Shown here: positions 9,249 through 22,327 of the stretch, one piece after another
Numbering within the stretch: position 1 is the stretch's first letter
How the letters are laid out: each line of letters opens with the position of its first letter
Origin: Planctomycetota bacterium
Lineage (GTDB): Bacteria; Planctomycetota; J058; JAJDCQ01
Direction: 5' to 3'
NCBI GenBank assembly: GCA_029260755.1
Contig: JAJDCQ010000035.1
Span: 4,603-68,602, forward strand
DNA: 64,000 bases
Notes under the pieces: generated by a model
Database searches by the model: none
What the model saw: only the letters and a program-made list of their open reading frames with translations
Told to the model about the DNA's origin: nothing
Translations under genes and position numbers: made by a program

Positions 9249-12023
9249 ATGTCCGCGAGCTGTTCCGATGTCCGTGAGCTGCTGAGCGCCTTCGTCGACG
9301 GCGAGTCCGGGGACGATGAGGCGTCGATCCGCGCGCACCTCGATGCGTGCGACGCGTGCGAGCGCGAGCGCGCCGAGATCGCCCGCGCCGTCGAGCTCGT
9401 CGCGGCCCTTCCGCGCGTTCGTGCGCCCGTCGGGTTCGCGGCGTCCGTGCTCGCGGCCCTCGACGAGGAGCCTGCGGCGACGACCTCCGCGCCGGCGGCC
9501 ACCGACGCGGCGCTGGCCACGCCGGCGATCCGGGTGGTCGGAGGCGCCGACGCGGCATCGACCTCGAGCGCCTCGGGCGCTCCGTCCGTCGCGCGTCCCG
9601 CCACCGGCTCGCCGATGGCCGGGCTCCGCAGCTTCGCCGCGGCCGCGGTCGCGCTCCTCGCCGTCGGTCTCGGCTTCGCCGTCCTGACCGGTCCCGATCG
9701 CGGCGGCGCGCCCGATCGCATGGCGATTCACTACGTGCCCCCGGGCGAGCGCGACGAGGCCGCCAGCCGCTCGTCCGAGACGCGTGATCCGACCGACGAG
9801 GTCGCCGGCACGTCGACGAAGGAGCAGGAGCCGCTCGAGAAGCGCGTCGATGAGCAGAAGGACAATGAAGCGCGCCTCTCCGGCTTCTCGCTCGACGATG
9901 AGGACGGTGATGACGGCGCCGGTGATGCTTCCGCCGGCGAAGCCGACGGCGCCCGGCCCGTGGATGCGGTTCGCGCCGAGGCGGCTCGTCTCGCGCAGCG
10001 TGAGCGCCGTGCGAACAAGGAGCGCGAGGCGGCCGATCGGCCCGAGTCGAGCAACGGCGCTCCCGGCGGCGACGGCACCGGCGGCGGTCCGGGCGGCGGC
10101 GGAGCGCCGGCGCCGGGCGTGAGGCCGAGCAGAACGCCTCCTCCGATCGAGTCGCCCGTGCCCTCCCCCGACATGGACGGGGCGCCGAGCGGTCCCGAGT
10201 CGGCGATGAAGCGGTTCGACGACTTCAAGCCGTCCGGTGGCGAGGAGCAGCCCGCGAGCGGTCGCCGGTATCGCGACGGCGGCACGCCGGCGGGGGACCC
10301 CGAGCCGACGCCGATGCCCGAGCCGGTCGACAAGACGAGGTTCGGCGCCGACGCGCGGCAGCCGGCCGCCGGCGCGATGGCCGGACGCGGCGCTCGTGGC
10401 GACGGCACGTCGGAAGGCTCCTCGGACGACGGCGGCGGGGCCAGCGATGCTCCCGACGCCGGTGGACAGAGCGGCGGCCACGGCCGCGAGCTCGGCGGTG
10501 GCGGTGGCGCCGCTCCTCCGACGCCGGCCCCCGCCCCGCGCTCGACCCCGACCCCGACCCGTCCCGACGCGCCGACGTCCCGGCCCGCGCCGAGCGCGGA
10601 AGGGGGCGAGAGCGGCGGCGACTCCTACGACGGCGCTCCGGCGTTCGACGGCGGCGAGAGCGGCGAGAAGAATGACCTCCTCGACCGGGACCGCTCGAAG
10701 ACGGAGGAGGGAGCGAAGTCGAAGGCCAAGAAGGCCGAGGCGCTCGCCCGCGCTTTGCGAGAGGTCGAGAAGTCGGGCGCTCGCGACGAGGAGCTCCAGG
10801 ACGGCGCCATGGCGCAGGCGTTTGGCGAGGCCGAACGGAAGCGCGTCGTCGAGCGTGGAGCCGAGCCGAAGAAGCCCTCCTCGACCGCGACCCCCGCGAA
10901 GGGACGGCTCGACGCCGAGGAGGCGCTCGCCGCCGGGAAGGCGAACCGGAAACAGACCGAGGCGTCGGCGCAGGCGCTCCGGGCCGCTCGCGAGGAGCCC
11001 TCCGAGCGCGCCGAGAAGCTCGCCGGGCAGGGAGGTCGCGAGGCCGATCGTCAGCCGAGGCAGCAGGGTCAGCAGCAGGGCCGATGGGCCGCCGAGCGCG
11101 GCGAGGACGAGGATGGTCGCGACGATTTGGTCGTCCTCTCGGTCGAGGCGGGCGACGCCGACGCCGCCCTCCTCGCGCTGGTCTCCTCGTTCGAGGACGA
11201 CGCCTCGAATCAGACGTGGGGCCGCAACGCGGTCACGCCTCGCCGCCGGGGCCGCGTCACGGCCGTTGACCGAGCCCGCGAGAGCGGCAGCGGCTCCGCC
11301 GACGACGACGCGACCGACCCGGGCGATGGCTCCGAGGCGGACGAGCGCCGGGATGGTATCGGAGGCAAGGATGCCCCCGGCGGAAGCGCCGCCGGTGCGG
11401 ACAGTGCCGCGCCCGAGGGCGAGGATGACGCCGAGACGGAGCCCGCGAAGCCGCTCCTGCCGCTCCTGCCGCTCGAGCCGCCGAGCGCCTCCGACCCGGC
11501 GGAGCGCGGGGAGTCCGGTGCGGAGACCCGCGTCGTGACGCTCGAGCTCGATGAGGATCAGTACGCCGCTCTGCTCCAGCGCGCCTCGTCTTCGGGATGG
11601 TTCTACCGGGTCGATCGAGGCGCCGCCGGCGAAGAGCAGCTCGCCGGCCTCGGCGAGGCGACGGACGCGCCCGAGAAGGTGCTCGACGAGCTCTCCGAGG
11701 GGCGCCGCGGGCTCGGTGAGGCGCGGGGATTCGCTCCGGGCGCTGGCGGCGGGTCGACGCCCGAGGCAGCCGGCGAGGCGAGCCCGGGCCCGGTCGGCGG
11801 AGCCGGCGCCGTTGCCCCGAACACGAACACCGAGCGCCCGAAGAACACCGATCCGAACGCCGCGCCTCTGGTCGAGGAGCCGCCGGCGCCGCCCGGCGAC
11901 GGCGAGGCTCCGAAGGAAGGCACGGCCGACGAGGCCGACCGGCCGACCGAGCCGGCGGGGAAGAAGGCGCCGACGTCGACCCGCCGGATCCGCGTCACGA
12001 TCGTCGTCCGGGCCCCGAAGTAG
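9249..12023 (+). CDS. zinc-binding anti-sigma factor (HxxxCxxC) with a TM segment and long low-complexity extracytoplasmic region
   Basis: CSDVRELLSAFVDGE...HLDACDAC directly after the ECF gene; one TM helix. Confidence 0.8.
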   Translation: MSASCSDVRELLSAFVDGESGDDEASIRAHLDACDACERERAEIARAVELVAALPRVRAPVGFAASVLAALDEEPAATTSAPAATDAALATPAIRVVGGADAASTSSASGAPSVARPATGSPMAGLRSFAAAAVALLAVGLGFAVLTGPDRGGAPDRMAIHYVPPGERDEAASRSSETRDPTDEVAGTSTKEQEPLEKRVDEQKDNEARLSGFSLDDEDGDDGAGDASAGEADGARPVDAVRAEAARLAQRERRANKEREAADRPESSNGAPGGDGTGGGPGGGGAPAPGVRPSRTPPPIESPVPSPDMDGAPSGPESAMKRFDDFKPSGGEEQPASGRRYRDGGTPAGDPEPTPMPEPVDKTRFGADARQPAAGAMAGRGARGDGTSEGSSDDGGGASDAPDAGGQSGGHGRELGGGGGAAPPTPAPAPRSTPTPTRPDAPTSRPAPSAEGGESGGDSYDGAPAFDGGESGEKNDLLDRDRSKTEEGAKSKAKKAEALARALREVEKSGARDEELQDGAMAQAFGEAERKRVVERGAEPKKPSSTATPAKGRLDAEEALAAGKANRKQTEASAQALRAAREEPSERAEKLAGQGGREADRQPRQQGQQQGRWAAERGEDEDGRDDLVVLSVEAGDADAALLALVSSFEDDASNQTWGRNAVTPRRRGRVTAVDRARESGSGSADDDATDPGDGSEADERRDGIGGKDAPGGSAAGADSAAPEGEDDAETEPAKPLLPLLPLEPPSASDPAERGESGAETRVVTLELDEDQYAALLQRASSSGWFYRVDRGAAGEEQLAGLGEATDAPEKVLDELSEGRRGLGEARGFAPGAGGGSTPEAAGEASPGPVGGAGAVAPNTNTERPKNTDPNAAPLVEEPPAPPGDGEAPKEGTADEADRPTEPAGKKAPTSTRRIRVTIVVRAPK

Positions 12024-12080
12024 CGAGCGAGCACCGCCACGGCTCCGACCCGGCTGCCCGCGCTGCTGCTGCTCCTCGCC

Positions 12081-12863
12081 GTGCCGCTCGTCGGCGCCGC
12101 TTGCTCCACCTCCTCGGCGCGGCCGCTCGCCCGGAGCGAGTGGACCGACGAGCTCGACCCGCCTCCCGAGGACGTGCCCTGGGCGGTCGTCGTCTATCAG
12201 CCGCGCGGCTCGGGAACCGCCGTCGGCACGGGTATCGTCGTCCACGACTGCGCCGAGCACGGCACCTACGTCCTCACGAGCTTCCATCTCGTGCGTTCCT
12301 CGTCCGACGCGCGCGTCTGGATGCCGGATCCCGAACGGCTCGTGAGCGACGACGACCCGGCCTGGCACGATCGCCACGAGGAGCTGGTCGCGGTCTCGGC
12401 CGAGATCGTCTTCCCGCCCGCGCTGCCCGACGACGGCGACGAGCTCGAGCCCGAGGAGCTCGACCGGATCCACTTCCAGCGGATCGTCCACCTCCACACG
12501 ACCGACTTCGCGATCCTGAGGGTCGAGGGCGGCGCCCGCGCCCCGGCTGCCCCGCTCCACCCCGGCGCGGAGATCGACCTGGAGAAGGGCTACCCCGTCG
12601 AGCTCGTCGCCACCGCGCCCGAGGGCTACCCGCATCGGCACTCGTTCGAGTGGTCGGAGCTCTACCCGCGCGAGGTGCGCCGGACCGGCCACTCGGGCGG
12701 CGCGATCCTGCTCGAGAACACCGGACGGCTCTTCGCGATGCTCTCGAGCGCCTACCCCGGCACCCGCCGCGTCTGGATTCGTCCCTCGATCGGGGAGATG
12801 CGCGAGCTGCTCCACGACGCCGCCCTCGACTTCGTCCTCGATCCGGCGCCCGACTGCGACTGA
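12081..12863 (+). CDS. trypsin-like serine protease, probable lipoprotein (start uncertain)
   Basis: triad-like motifs LTSFHLV, TDFAIL, GHSGGAIL; lipobox-like LVGAAC. Confidence 0.6.
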   Translation: MPLVGAACSTSSARPLARSEWTDELDPPPEDVPWAVVVYQPRGSGTAVGTGIVVHDCAEHGTYVLTSFHLVRSSSDARVWMPDPERLVSDDDPAWHDRHEELVAVSAEIVFPPALPDDGDELEPEELDRIHFQRIVHLHTTDFAILRVEGGARAPAAPLHPGAEIDLEKGYPVELVATAPEGYPHRHSFEWSELYPREVRRTGHSGGAILLENTGRLFAMLSSAYPGTRRVWIRPSIGEMRELLHDAALDFVLDPAPDCD

Positions 12864-12944
12864 GCGCCTGTCTCGATACTCGGTCGGGGTGGGGTGGGTT
12901 CAGGCCGTTCGATCGGGGAACACGGCTCTTCTCGACGAACGGGG

Positions 12945-13088
12945 AACGATCCACAGATTACACAGATTACACAGATTTCGAGCTGCCGAAGACGGTCATC
13001 CCTCGCCGCCGGCCGAGGCCCAAGCGTTCGGCAAGACCCGCGAGTCGCCCGCGGCTATCTGTGTAGTCTGTGTAATCTGTGGATCGTT
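12945..13088. repeat. 144-bp MITE/REP-like element with 32-bp inverted arms built from a 9-bp unit
   Basis: AACGATCCACAGATTACACAGATTACACAGAT (12945-12976) and its reverse complement with 1 mismatch (13057-13088). Confidence 0.85.
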
Positions 13089-13179
13089 TTTCTCGCGACA
13101 GGAATCGCCCGCGACGATCGGTGAACTCTGCACCGTCAGCCTTTCGCCGAGCAGAGAGGTCTGCTCCAGAAGTAGCAGC

Positions 13180-13950
13180 TCACTCATCGCGCCAGCGAGG
13201 CGCCCGCTTCTCGAGGAACGCCTCGAGCCCCTCGACGTAGTCCCGGGTCGGGACGCTCTCCGCGGAGTAGAGCCTCGCCGCCTCGTCGCAGCCCTCGAGC
13301 GGAGGCAGCGCCCCCGCGATGCGGGTCGCCCGGCGGCACGCGCGGATCGCCGCGCCGCTGTGACGGGCGATCGTCTCGGCGAGGGCGCGGGCGCGCCCCG
13401 GCAACTCGTCGGCCGGACACGCCTCGTCGACGAGCCCGATCCGCGCGGCCGCCGCGCCGTCGATCGGCTCTCCGGTCAGGAGCAGGCGCCGCGCGTTCTT
13501 CGCGCCGATCTGCGCCGGGAGGAGCGCCGCGGCGAACGGGGCGAAGCAGCCGATCGCGATCTCGGGCTGGCCGAGCTTCGCGGTCTCGGCGGCGACGGCG
13601 AGGTCGCAGGCGGCGACGAGCTCGAGGCCGCCGCCGAGGCAGTCGCCGTGAATCGCCGCGACGCTGGCCGCGTCGAGCTCGAGCAGCCGGCCGATCACCG
13701 CACGCATCGCGGCGAGCATGTCGTCCGCCTGGTCCGGGAGGTGCTCGCGGATGTCGGCGCCCGCCGAGAAGCGGGGTCCGGCCGCCCGGAGGATGACCGC
13801 GCGGGCGTCGCCGAGCGCGTCGGCGAGGGTCGCGTCGAGCTCCCGGAGCACCGCGATCGTCAGGACGTTCACCGGCGGGTGATCGATCGTCACCTCGAGG
13901 ACGCGGCCGGCTCGCGCCGTCCGGATCGCCCCTCCTCTGGGTTCGCTCAT
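13180..13950 (-). CDS. enoyl-CoA hydratase/isomerase (dienoyl-CoA hydratase Dch-like)
   Basis: FSAGADI, GDCLGGGLEL, LGQPEI, EGLEAFLEKRAP. Confidence 0.88.
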   Translation of the reverse strand: MSEPRGGAIRTARAGRVLEVTIDHPPVNVLTIAVLRELDATLADALGDARAVILRAAGPRFSAGADIREHLPDQADDMLAAMRAVIGRLLELDAASVAAIHGDCLGGGLELVAACDLAVAAETAKLGQPEIAIGCFAPFAAALLPAQIGAKNARRLLLTGEPIDGAAAARIGLVDEACPADELPGRARALAETIARHSGAAIRACRRATRIAGALPPLEGCDEAARLYSAESVPTRDYVEGLEAFLEKRAPRWRDE

Positions 13951-13993
13951 CGATCGTTCCTCCCGCGGCGGTCGTCGGGCCGCGCCTCGCGCC

Positions 13994-17695
<3,702 letters not shown>

Positions 17696-17808
17696 GATCG
17701 GCGACGCAGCGCGTCGAGCGCAACCGAGGTCACCTCGCGGTGGATGCGAGGAGAAGTCGGAACTCGGCGGCGCGCCGCGGGTGGACGGGGAAGGGGAGCG
17801 GGCCAGCG

Positions 17809-20460
17809 GTGAAGGACTTCGACGAGCACGATCCCGTCGCGGCGGCGTGGGAGGCGGCGTTCGGCCGACGGCGGAGCGCGGCGGCGCGACCGACTCCGAC
17901 TCCGACTCCGACTCCGACTCCGACTCCGACTCCACCGGCGTCCGGGAAGCCGAACTGGGCCCCGGCACCGAGGCCTGTGCCCGTGCCGGCTCCGGCCGCC
18001 GTGCCGACGGACGCGCGACGGGTTCCCCAGGTCCGGAAGGTCCCCCGGCGCCCGACGGTGGTCACCCGCCGGATCCTCGGGAGCGCGAGCGCTCCCCGGG
18101 AGGGCCTCTCCCGGTCGGCCGTGATCCTGATCGTCTCGCTCGCGGGGCACCTCATCGCCGCCCTCTTCCTCCTCGCGTGGGTCGTGTCGCAGCCGGCGCC
18201 CGACGACGAGGCGGTCGTCTACGTGACCCTCACGCCGCCGATGCCGGTCGACCCCGACCTCCGGCAGGCGCCGGTCGAGCTCGCCGGATTCGCCGAGCCG
18301 CTTCCCGAGGATGGGGTCCCGGTCGAGGTGGAGGAGGCGAGCGACCACGTCGAGACGCCCGACGAGGAGGAGAGGCCGAACCTGGCGAAGGGCAGCCTCG
18401 ACGGGCGGAGCCTCGAGCCGGCGCCCGACGATGGCGAGACCGAGGACGCGGGCGTGATCGGCGTCGGCGGCGGCGAGGCCGCCGGCACGTTCGGCGTCGC
18501 CGACGGCGGCGGCCTGATCGAGAGCTCGATCGGCCACGGGGCGCGCGAGGGGCTGCGCCGCTTCCGGGCGGAGGGGCTCGACGTCGTGATCCTCTTCGAC
18601 ACGACGGCGAGCATGGCCCACGCGATCGACGGGGCGAAGCGCAACATCAAGTCGATCTTGAAGCTGACCGGAGAGCTGGTGCCCGACGTCCGGTTCGGCA
18701 TCGTCACATACGGCTCGCAGGTGCGTGACGTCGTCGCCCTCACCGCCGACCGCGCGATCGTCGAGGAGGGCATCGAACGGCAGCTCCCGGTCACCGGCGG
18801 CGGGACCGACTGGGCCGCGCTCGGGCAGGCGCTCGAGCTCGCCCTCTCGAGGATGAGCTGGCGGCCCGGAGCGTGGCGGAGCGTGATCGTGATCGGCGAC
18901 GTGCCGGCCCATCCGACCAAGCGGGCGTCGATCCTCGGCAGGCTCTCGACCGAGGCGTCCGGCGACGAGCGCCTCGTCCTCTCGACGATCAGCTCGAGCG
19001 TGGCCGGCACCCTCGTTCCGACCTACGGAGAGCTCGCCGCGGCGGGAAGGGGCGAGGCGCTCCGGCTCGAGGGCGCGCAGTCGATCGGACGAACGCTCGT
19101 CCGCCTCTCGTTCGGACCCGAGGTCGGCGCCGAGGTCGACCGCTGGGTCGAGGAGAACGAGTGGGAGGCGGCGAAGCGCTACGGGTTCGAGATCGCCGAG
19201 CACCGGCTCCTCGCGATCGGATCGGACACGACGCGTGCCCCCGAGGTCCGGCTCGACGCGATCACGACCTCGCTGAAGCGCCACGGGAGCCAGGGCGCAC
19301 AGCAGGCCCTCCTCGACCTCCTGGCCGCGCAGCCGGAGCTGATGCGCGAGCCGTTGACGCCGGATCGGCTGGCCGAGGCTCTGCGCCTGGCGCTCCCCGA
19401 GAGCCTCGATTCGGCCACCCGCCGCGCCGTCGTCCTCGAGCGGTTCATCCGGCAGGCGAGCCACGTGCCGCACTACCGTCTCGGTCGGCCGCTCGCGCGC
19501 ATCCTCGAGCTGGACGAGGAGACGCGCGCCGGGACCGGCTTCGACGATCCGAGGGTGACCACGACGGTCATCCGGACCCTCGCCCGGGTCGGCGGCGGCC
19601 GGGCGGGGCGCGCGCTCGTCGATGCGATCGGTCGGGACGCTTCCGCCGTCGACGACGTCACGTTGCTCGAGGCGCTCGTGACGGCGCCCTCCCCCGAGAT
19701 GCGCGACGTCATCCTCGACCGGATGGAGGGCGACCCCGGCTTCGCCGAGCGGTGCCTCAGCGCGTCGGACCCGCGCGCGCGAGCGGCGGTCGGCGCCCTG
19801 ATCATCCGGCGTCTCGCGGCGAGCGAGGGCGGCGTCGAGGATGACGAGCGGCTGGCCCACCTCGCGGGGCTCCCCGCCGAGACGCTCGCCGACGCGTTTC
19901 ACACCGCGTTCGCGATCGCGTCCCACGACGCGGAGGAGCAGGGGGTCGGCGCCGTCCTGAGCGAGGTCGGCGCGCGACTCGGGGCGTCCGCGTTCGAGGA
20001 GCTCGTCCTCGAGTCGCGCCTGTCGCTCGACGTGCTCCTCTCGATCGAGGCGGCCCGGCCCACCGACGGGGCGCGCGGCGTCCTCGACGTCGTCGCCGGA
20101 CGCCTCGAGGAGGCGAGCTCGAGCGAGCTCCGGAAGCTGCTCCGTCGCGTTCACGCGACGAGCGACGCCGCCCGGACCGAGCTCGCCGCCCGACTCATCC
20201 CCGCCCTCGAGCGCACCGACGGCGCTCGCCGGCGCGACCTCTTCCGCCTGTTCGCGCCGGCGGTCGACGCGCGCGGCCTCGACCTGCTCGTCCGGTCGCT
20301 CCGCTGGGATCGACACCGGTTGATGGAGCCGGCGATCGCGGCGTTGCGGCGCGTGACCGGCTTCCCGTTCCCGAAGAAGAAGCGCGGCGGCTCCGCGCGG
20401 GAGCGGCAGATCCTCGAGATCGAGTGGTGGTGGGAGCAGAACCGTCACGAGTGGGAATGA
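17809..20460 (+). CDS. membrane-anchored VWA-domain protein with a helical-repeat C-terminus
   Basis: GTG start after GGGGAG; TM (VILIVSLAGHLIAALFLLAWVV); MIDAS-like LDVVILFDTTASM and VIVIGD. Confidence 0.7.
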   Translation: MKDFDEHDPVAAAWEAAFGRRRSAAARPTPTPTPTPTPTPTPPASGKPNWAPAPRPVPVPAPAAVPTDARRVPQVRKVPRRPTVVTRRILGSASAPREGLSRSAVILIVSLAGHLIAALFLLAWVVSQPAPDDEAVVYVTLTPPMPVDPDLRQAPVELAGFAEPLPEDGVPVEVEEASDHVETPDEEERPNLAKGSLDGRSLEPAPDDGETEDAGVIGVGGGEAAGTFGVADGGGLIESSIGHGAREGLRRFRAEGLDVVILFDTTASMAHAIDGAKRNIKSILKLTGELVPDVRFGIVTYGSQVRDVVALTADRAIVEEGIERQLPVTGGGTDWAALGQALELALSRMSWRPGAWRSVIVIGDVPAHPTKRASILGRLSTEASGDERLVLSTISSSVAGTLVPTYGELAAAGRGEALRLEGAQSIGRTLVRLSFGPEVGAEVDRWVEENEWEAAKRYGFEIAEHRLLAIGSDTTRAPEVRLDAITTSLKRHGSQGAQQALLDLLAAQPELMREPLTPDRLAEALRLALPESLDSATRRAVVLERFIRQASHVPHYRLGRPLARILELDEETRAGTGFDDPRVTTTVIRTLARVGGGRAGRALVDAIGRDASAVDDVTLLEALVTAPSPEMRDVILDRMEGDPGFAERCLSASDPRARAAVGALIIRRLAASEGGVEDDERLAHLAGLPAETLADAFHTAFAIASHDAEEQGVGAVLSEVGARLGASAFEELVLESRLSLDVLLSIEAARPTDGARGVLDVVAGRLEEASSSELRKLLRRVHATSDAARTELAARLIPALERTDGARRRDLFRLFAPAVDARGLDLLVRSLRWDRHRLMEPAIAALRRVTGFPFPKKKRGGSARERQILEIEWWWEQNRHEWE
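17890..17931 (+). repeat. hexanucleotide microsatellite (CCGACT)x7 encoding (PT)7
   Basis: seven perfect copies. Confidence 0.9.
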
Positions 20461-20473
20461 CGGCTCGCCCGCC

Positions 20474-22171
20474 TCAGTAGACCTTCTTCTTCTCCACGGG
20501 CTTCGCCGGCTTCGCGGGCCTCGCGGGCGGCGGCCCGTCGATCCGGATCGGCCGCCGGGCGAGGTCCTCCTGCCCATACGCGTCGATCGTGCGGACGGTC
20601 AGGGTGTGCCACCCCGGCCCGGGTGAGGTCGCGATGGCGCCCTCCCAGAGATGGGCCGAGGGGCGCGGCTTCGGGAGCGGGCGCCAGGGGCGGCCCTCGA
20701 GCTTCTCCTCCGCGGCGGCGAGCAGCTTCGTCTCCGCCGCGTGCATCGCCGCGTAGGCGGGGTCGGGTCGCTCGTCGGTCACGTGGGCGAGCTCGCGCCA
20801 CGGGCCCTCGTCGTTCCAGCGCATCCCGACCTTCGACCGGGCGCTGCCGCCGAAGACGTTCACGACGACCTTCGTTCCGATGACGGCGCCCTCGGCGAGC
20901 GCGCTCGGCGCGTGGATCGCCATCTGGAACTCGTCGGGTCGCCGGGACGCCTTGAACCGGATCGAATACTCGTTCCCCGAGAACGAGGCGATCGAGTAGC
21001 CGTTCGGGGCGCCGTCGCGCATCGTCGTGTGCGGGATCCCGAGGGCGTCGGGCGCGCCCGTCCACCAGCTCCCGCAGACGGTCACGTTGATCAGGTGGTG
21101 GTGCGGCTCCTTCCCGCGCCAGCCGTCGTCCTCGTCGAGGTAGACGTTCTCCTGGAAGTGGGTGTGGCCCGAGACGGACATCGCGTAGGACCGCTTCTCG
21201 AGCAGCCGGTAGAGCTGGCTCCGATCGCGGACGCCCGGGATCGGAATGTGCATCGCGACGACGACGAGGCGGTCGTCGGGGACGAGCGCCAGATCGTTCT
21301 CGACGAACGCGAGCTGCTGCGCGCCGATCCCGCCCGCGTAGGTGCCGCGGGGGCGTTCCTTGGTCGGGCCGAGCCAGTCGACGTCGTCGAGGACGATGAA
21401 GTGGACGGGGCCCCAGTCGAACGCGTAGTAGGACGGACCGAACCAGCGCTCGTAGGTCTCGTCGGACCAGCGGTCCTCCTTCGCGCCTCGGTTGAGGTCG
21501 TGGTTTCCGATCACGTGCCACCACGGGACGCCGATGAGCGCCGTCGTCTCGGTCATGTCGCGAAGGACCGAGAGGTCGTCGAAGACGATGTCGCCGAGCG
21601 TGATCCCGAACGCGCCGTCCCAGCCGATCAGCTCGGCGACGACGTCGCGGGCGATGTAGTCGACCTCCCGGCGGTCGCGCGGCTGCGGGTCGCCGAAGAG
21701 GAGCGCCCGGAAGTCGTCGGGCTCGCTCTGCGGGCGGAGGGCGAAATCGATCGAGCTCGGGAGCGGCCCGGTCGGCGACACGCCGCGGAAGCGAGACTTC
21801 GGGCTGCCGGTCGGCTTGTGGCTGTAGTAGAAGACGGGCGTGTTCACCCCGGTCACCGGCGTCATCCATCCGCGAGGCTTCACCACGAAGAACGTCGTGT
21901 CGTCGGGGTCGACGAGAGGAAGGCGCCACCGCCCATCCGGATCGGTGACGACCACCTCCCGCTGGTTGCTCACCGAGACGCCGCCGATCCCCTCCTCGCC
22001 CCGGTCGCGGTCGCCGTCGCCGTCACGGTCGTGGAAGACGAAGCCGGTCGCATGAGTCGGCGGCGGGGCGCTCACTGTCGGCGAGGCCTGCGCCAGGACG
22101 ACGAGGGCGACGGCGAGCGCGGCGCTCCCCGGGGCGATCCAAAGGCGACGGCGCAAGGCGAAGCTCCTCAT
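20474..22171 (-). CDS. secreted calcineurin-like metallophosphoesterase with N- and C-terminal accessory domains
   Basis: GDPQ, LGDIV, GNHD, MHIP, SGHTH, CGSWW, DGAPNGY; signal peptide. Confidence 0.88.
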   Translation of the reverse strand: MRSFALRRRLWIAPGSAALAVALVVLAQASPTVSAPPPTHATGFVFHDRDGDGDRDRGEEGIGGVSVSNQREVVVTDPDGRWRLPLVDPDDTTFFVVKPRGWMTPVTGVNTPVFYYSHKPTGSPKSRFRGVSPTGPLPSSIDFALRPQSEPDDFRALLFGDPQPRDRREVDYIARDVVAELIGWDGAFGITLGDIVFDDLSVLRDMTETTALIGVPWWHVIGNHDLNRGAKEDRWSDETYERWFGPSYYAFDWGPVHFIVLDDVDWLGPTKERPRGTYAGGIGAQQLAFVENDLALVPDDRLVVVAMHIPIPGVRDRSQLYRLLEKRSYAMSVSGHTHFQENVYLDEDDGWRGKEPHHHLINVTVCGSWWTGAPDALGIPHTTMRDGAPNGYSIASFSGNEYSIRFKASRRPDEFQMAIHAPSALAEGAVIGTKVVVNVFGGSARSKVGMRWNDEGPWRELAHVTDERPDPAYAAMHAAETKLLAAAEEKLEGRPWRPLPKPRPSAHLWEGAIATSPGPGWHTLTVRTIDAYGQEDLARRPIRIDGPPPARPAKPAKPVEKKKVY

Positions 22172-22216
22172 CAAGGGCCACTCACAAAGCCAACGGCGGC
22201 AAACACTTCTCCCCCC

Positions 22217-22282
22217 AGGGGTCAGGTCCAGTATTTTTACCATTTGAGCGCCTAAATGCTAAAGATACTGGACCTGACCCCT
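22217..22282. repeat. 66-bp AT-rich REP-like palindrome (GGGGTCAGGTCC...GGACCTGACCCC)
   Basis: 29-bp arms at 22217-22245 and 22254-22282, 2 mismatches, 8-nt loop. Confidence 0.85.
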
Positions 22283-22327
22283 TGGGGTGTAAGCGCCCTT
22301 GGTGCAGGGTGTTGGGGTTGGGGCTCG

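Noticed and set aside
12945-13088. Possible CRISPR array from the repeated ACACAGATT units
   Set aside because: Units are 9 bp, contiguous and inverted, with no spacers and no cas genes
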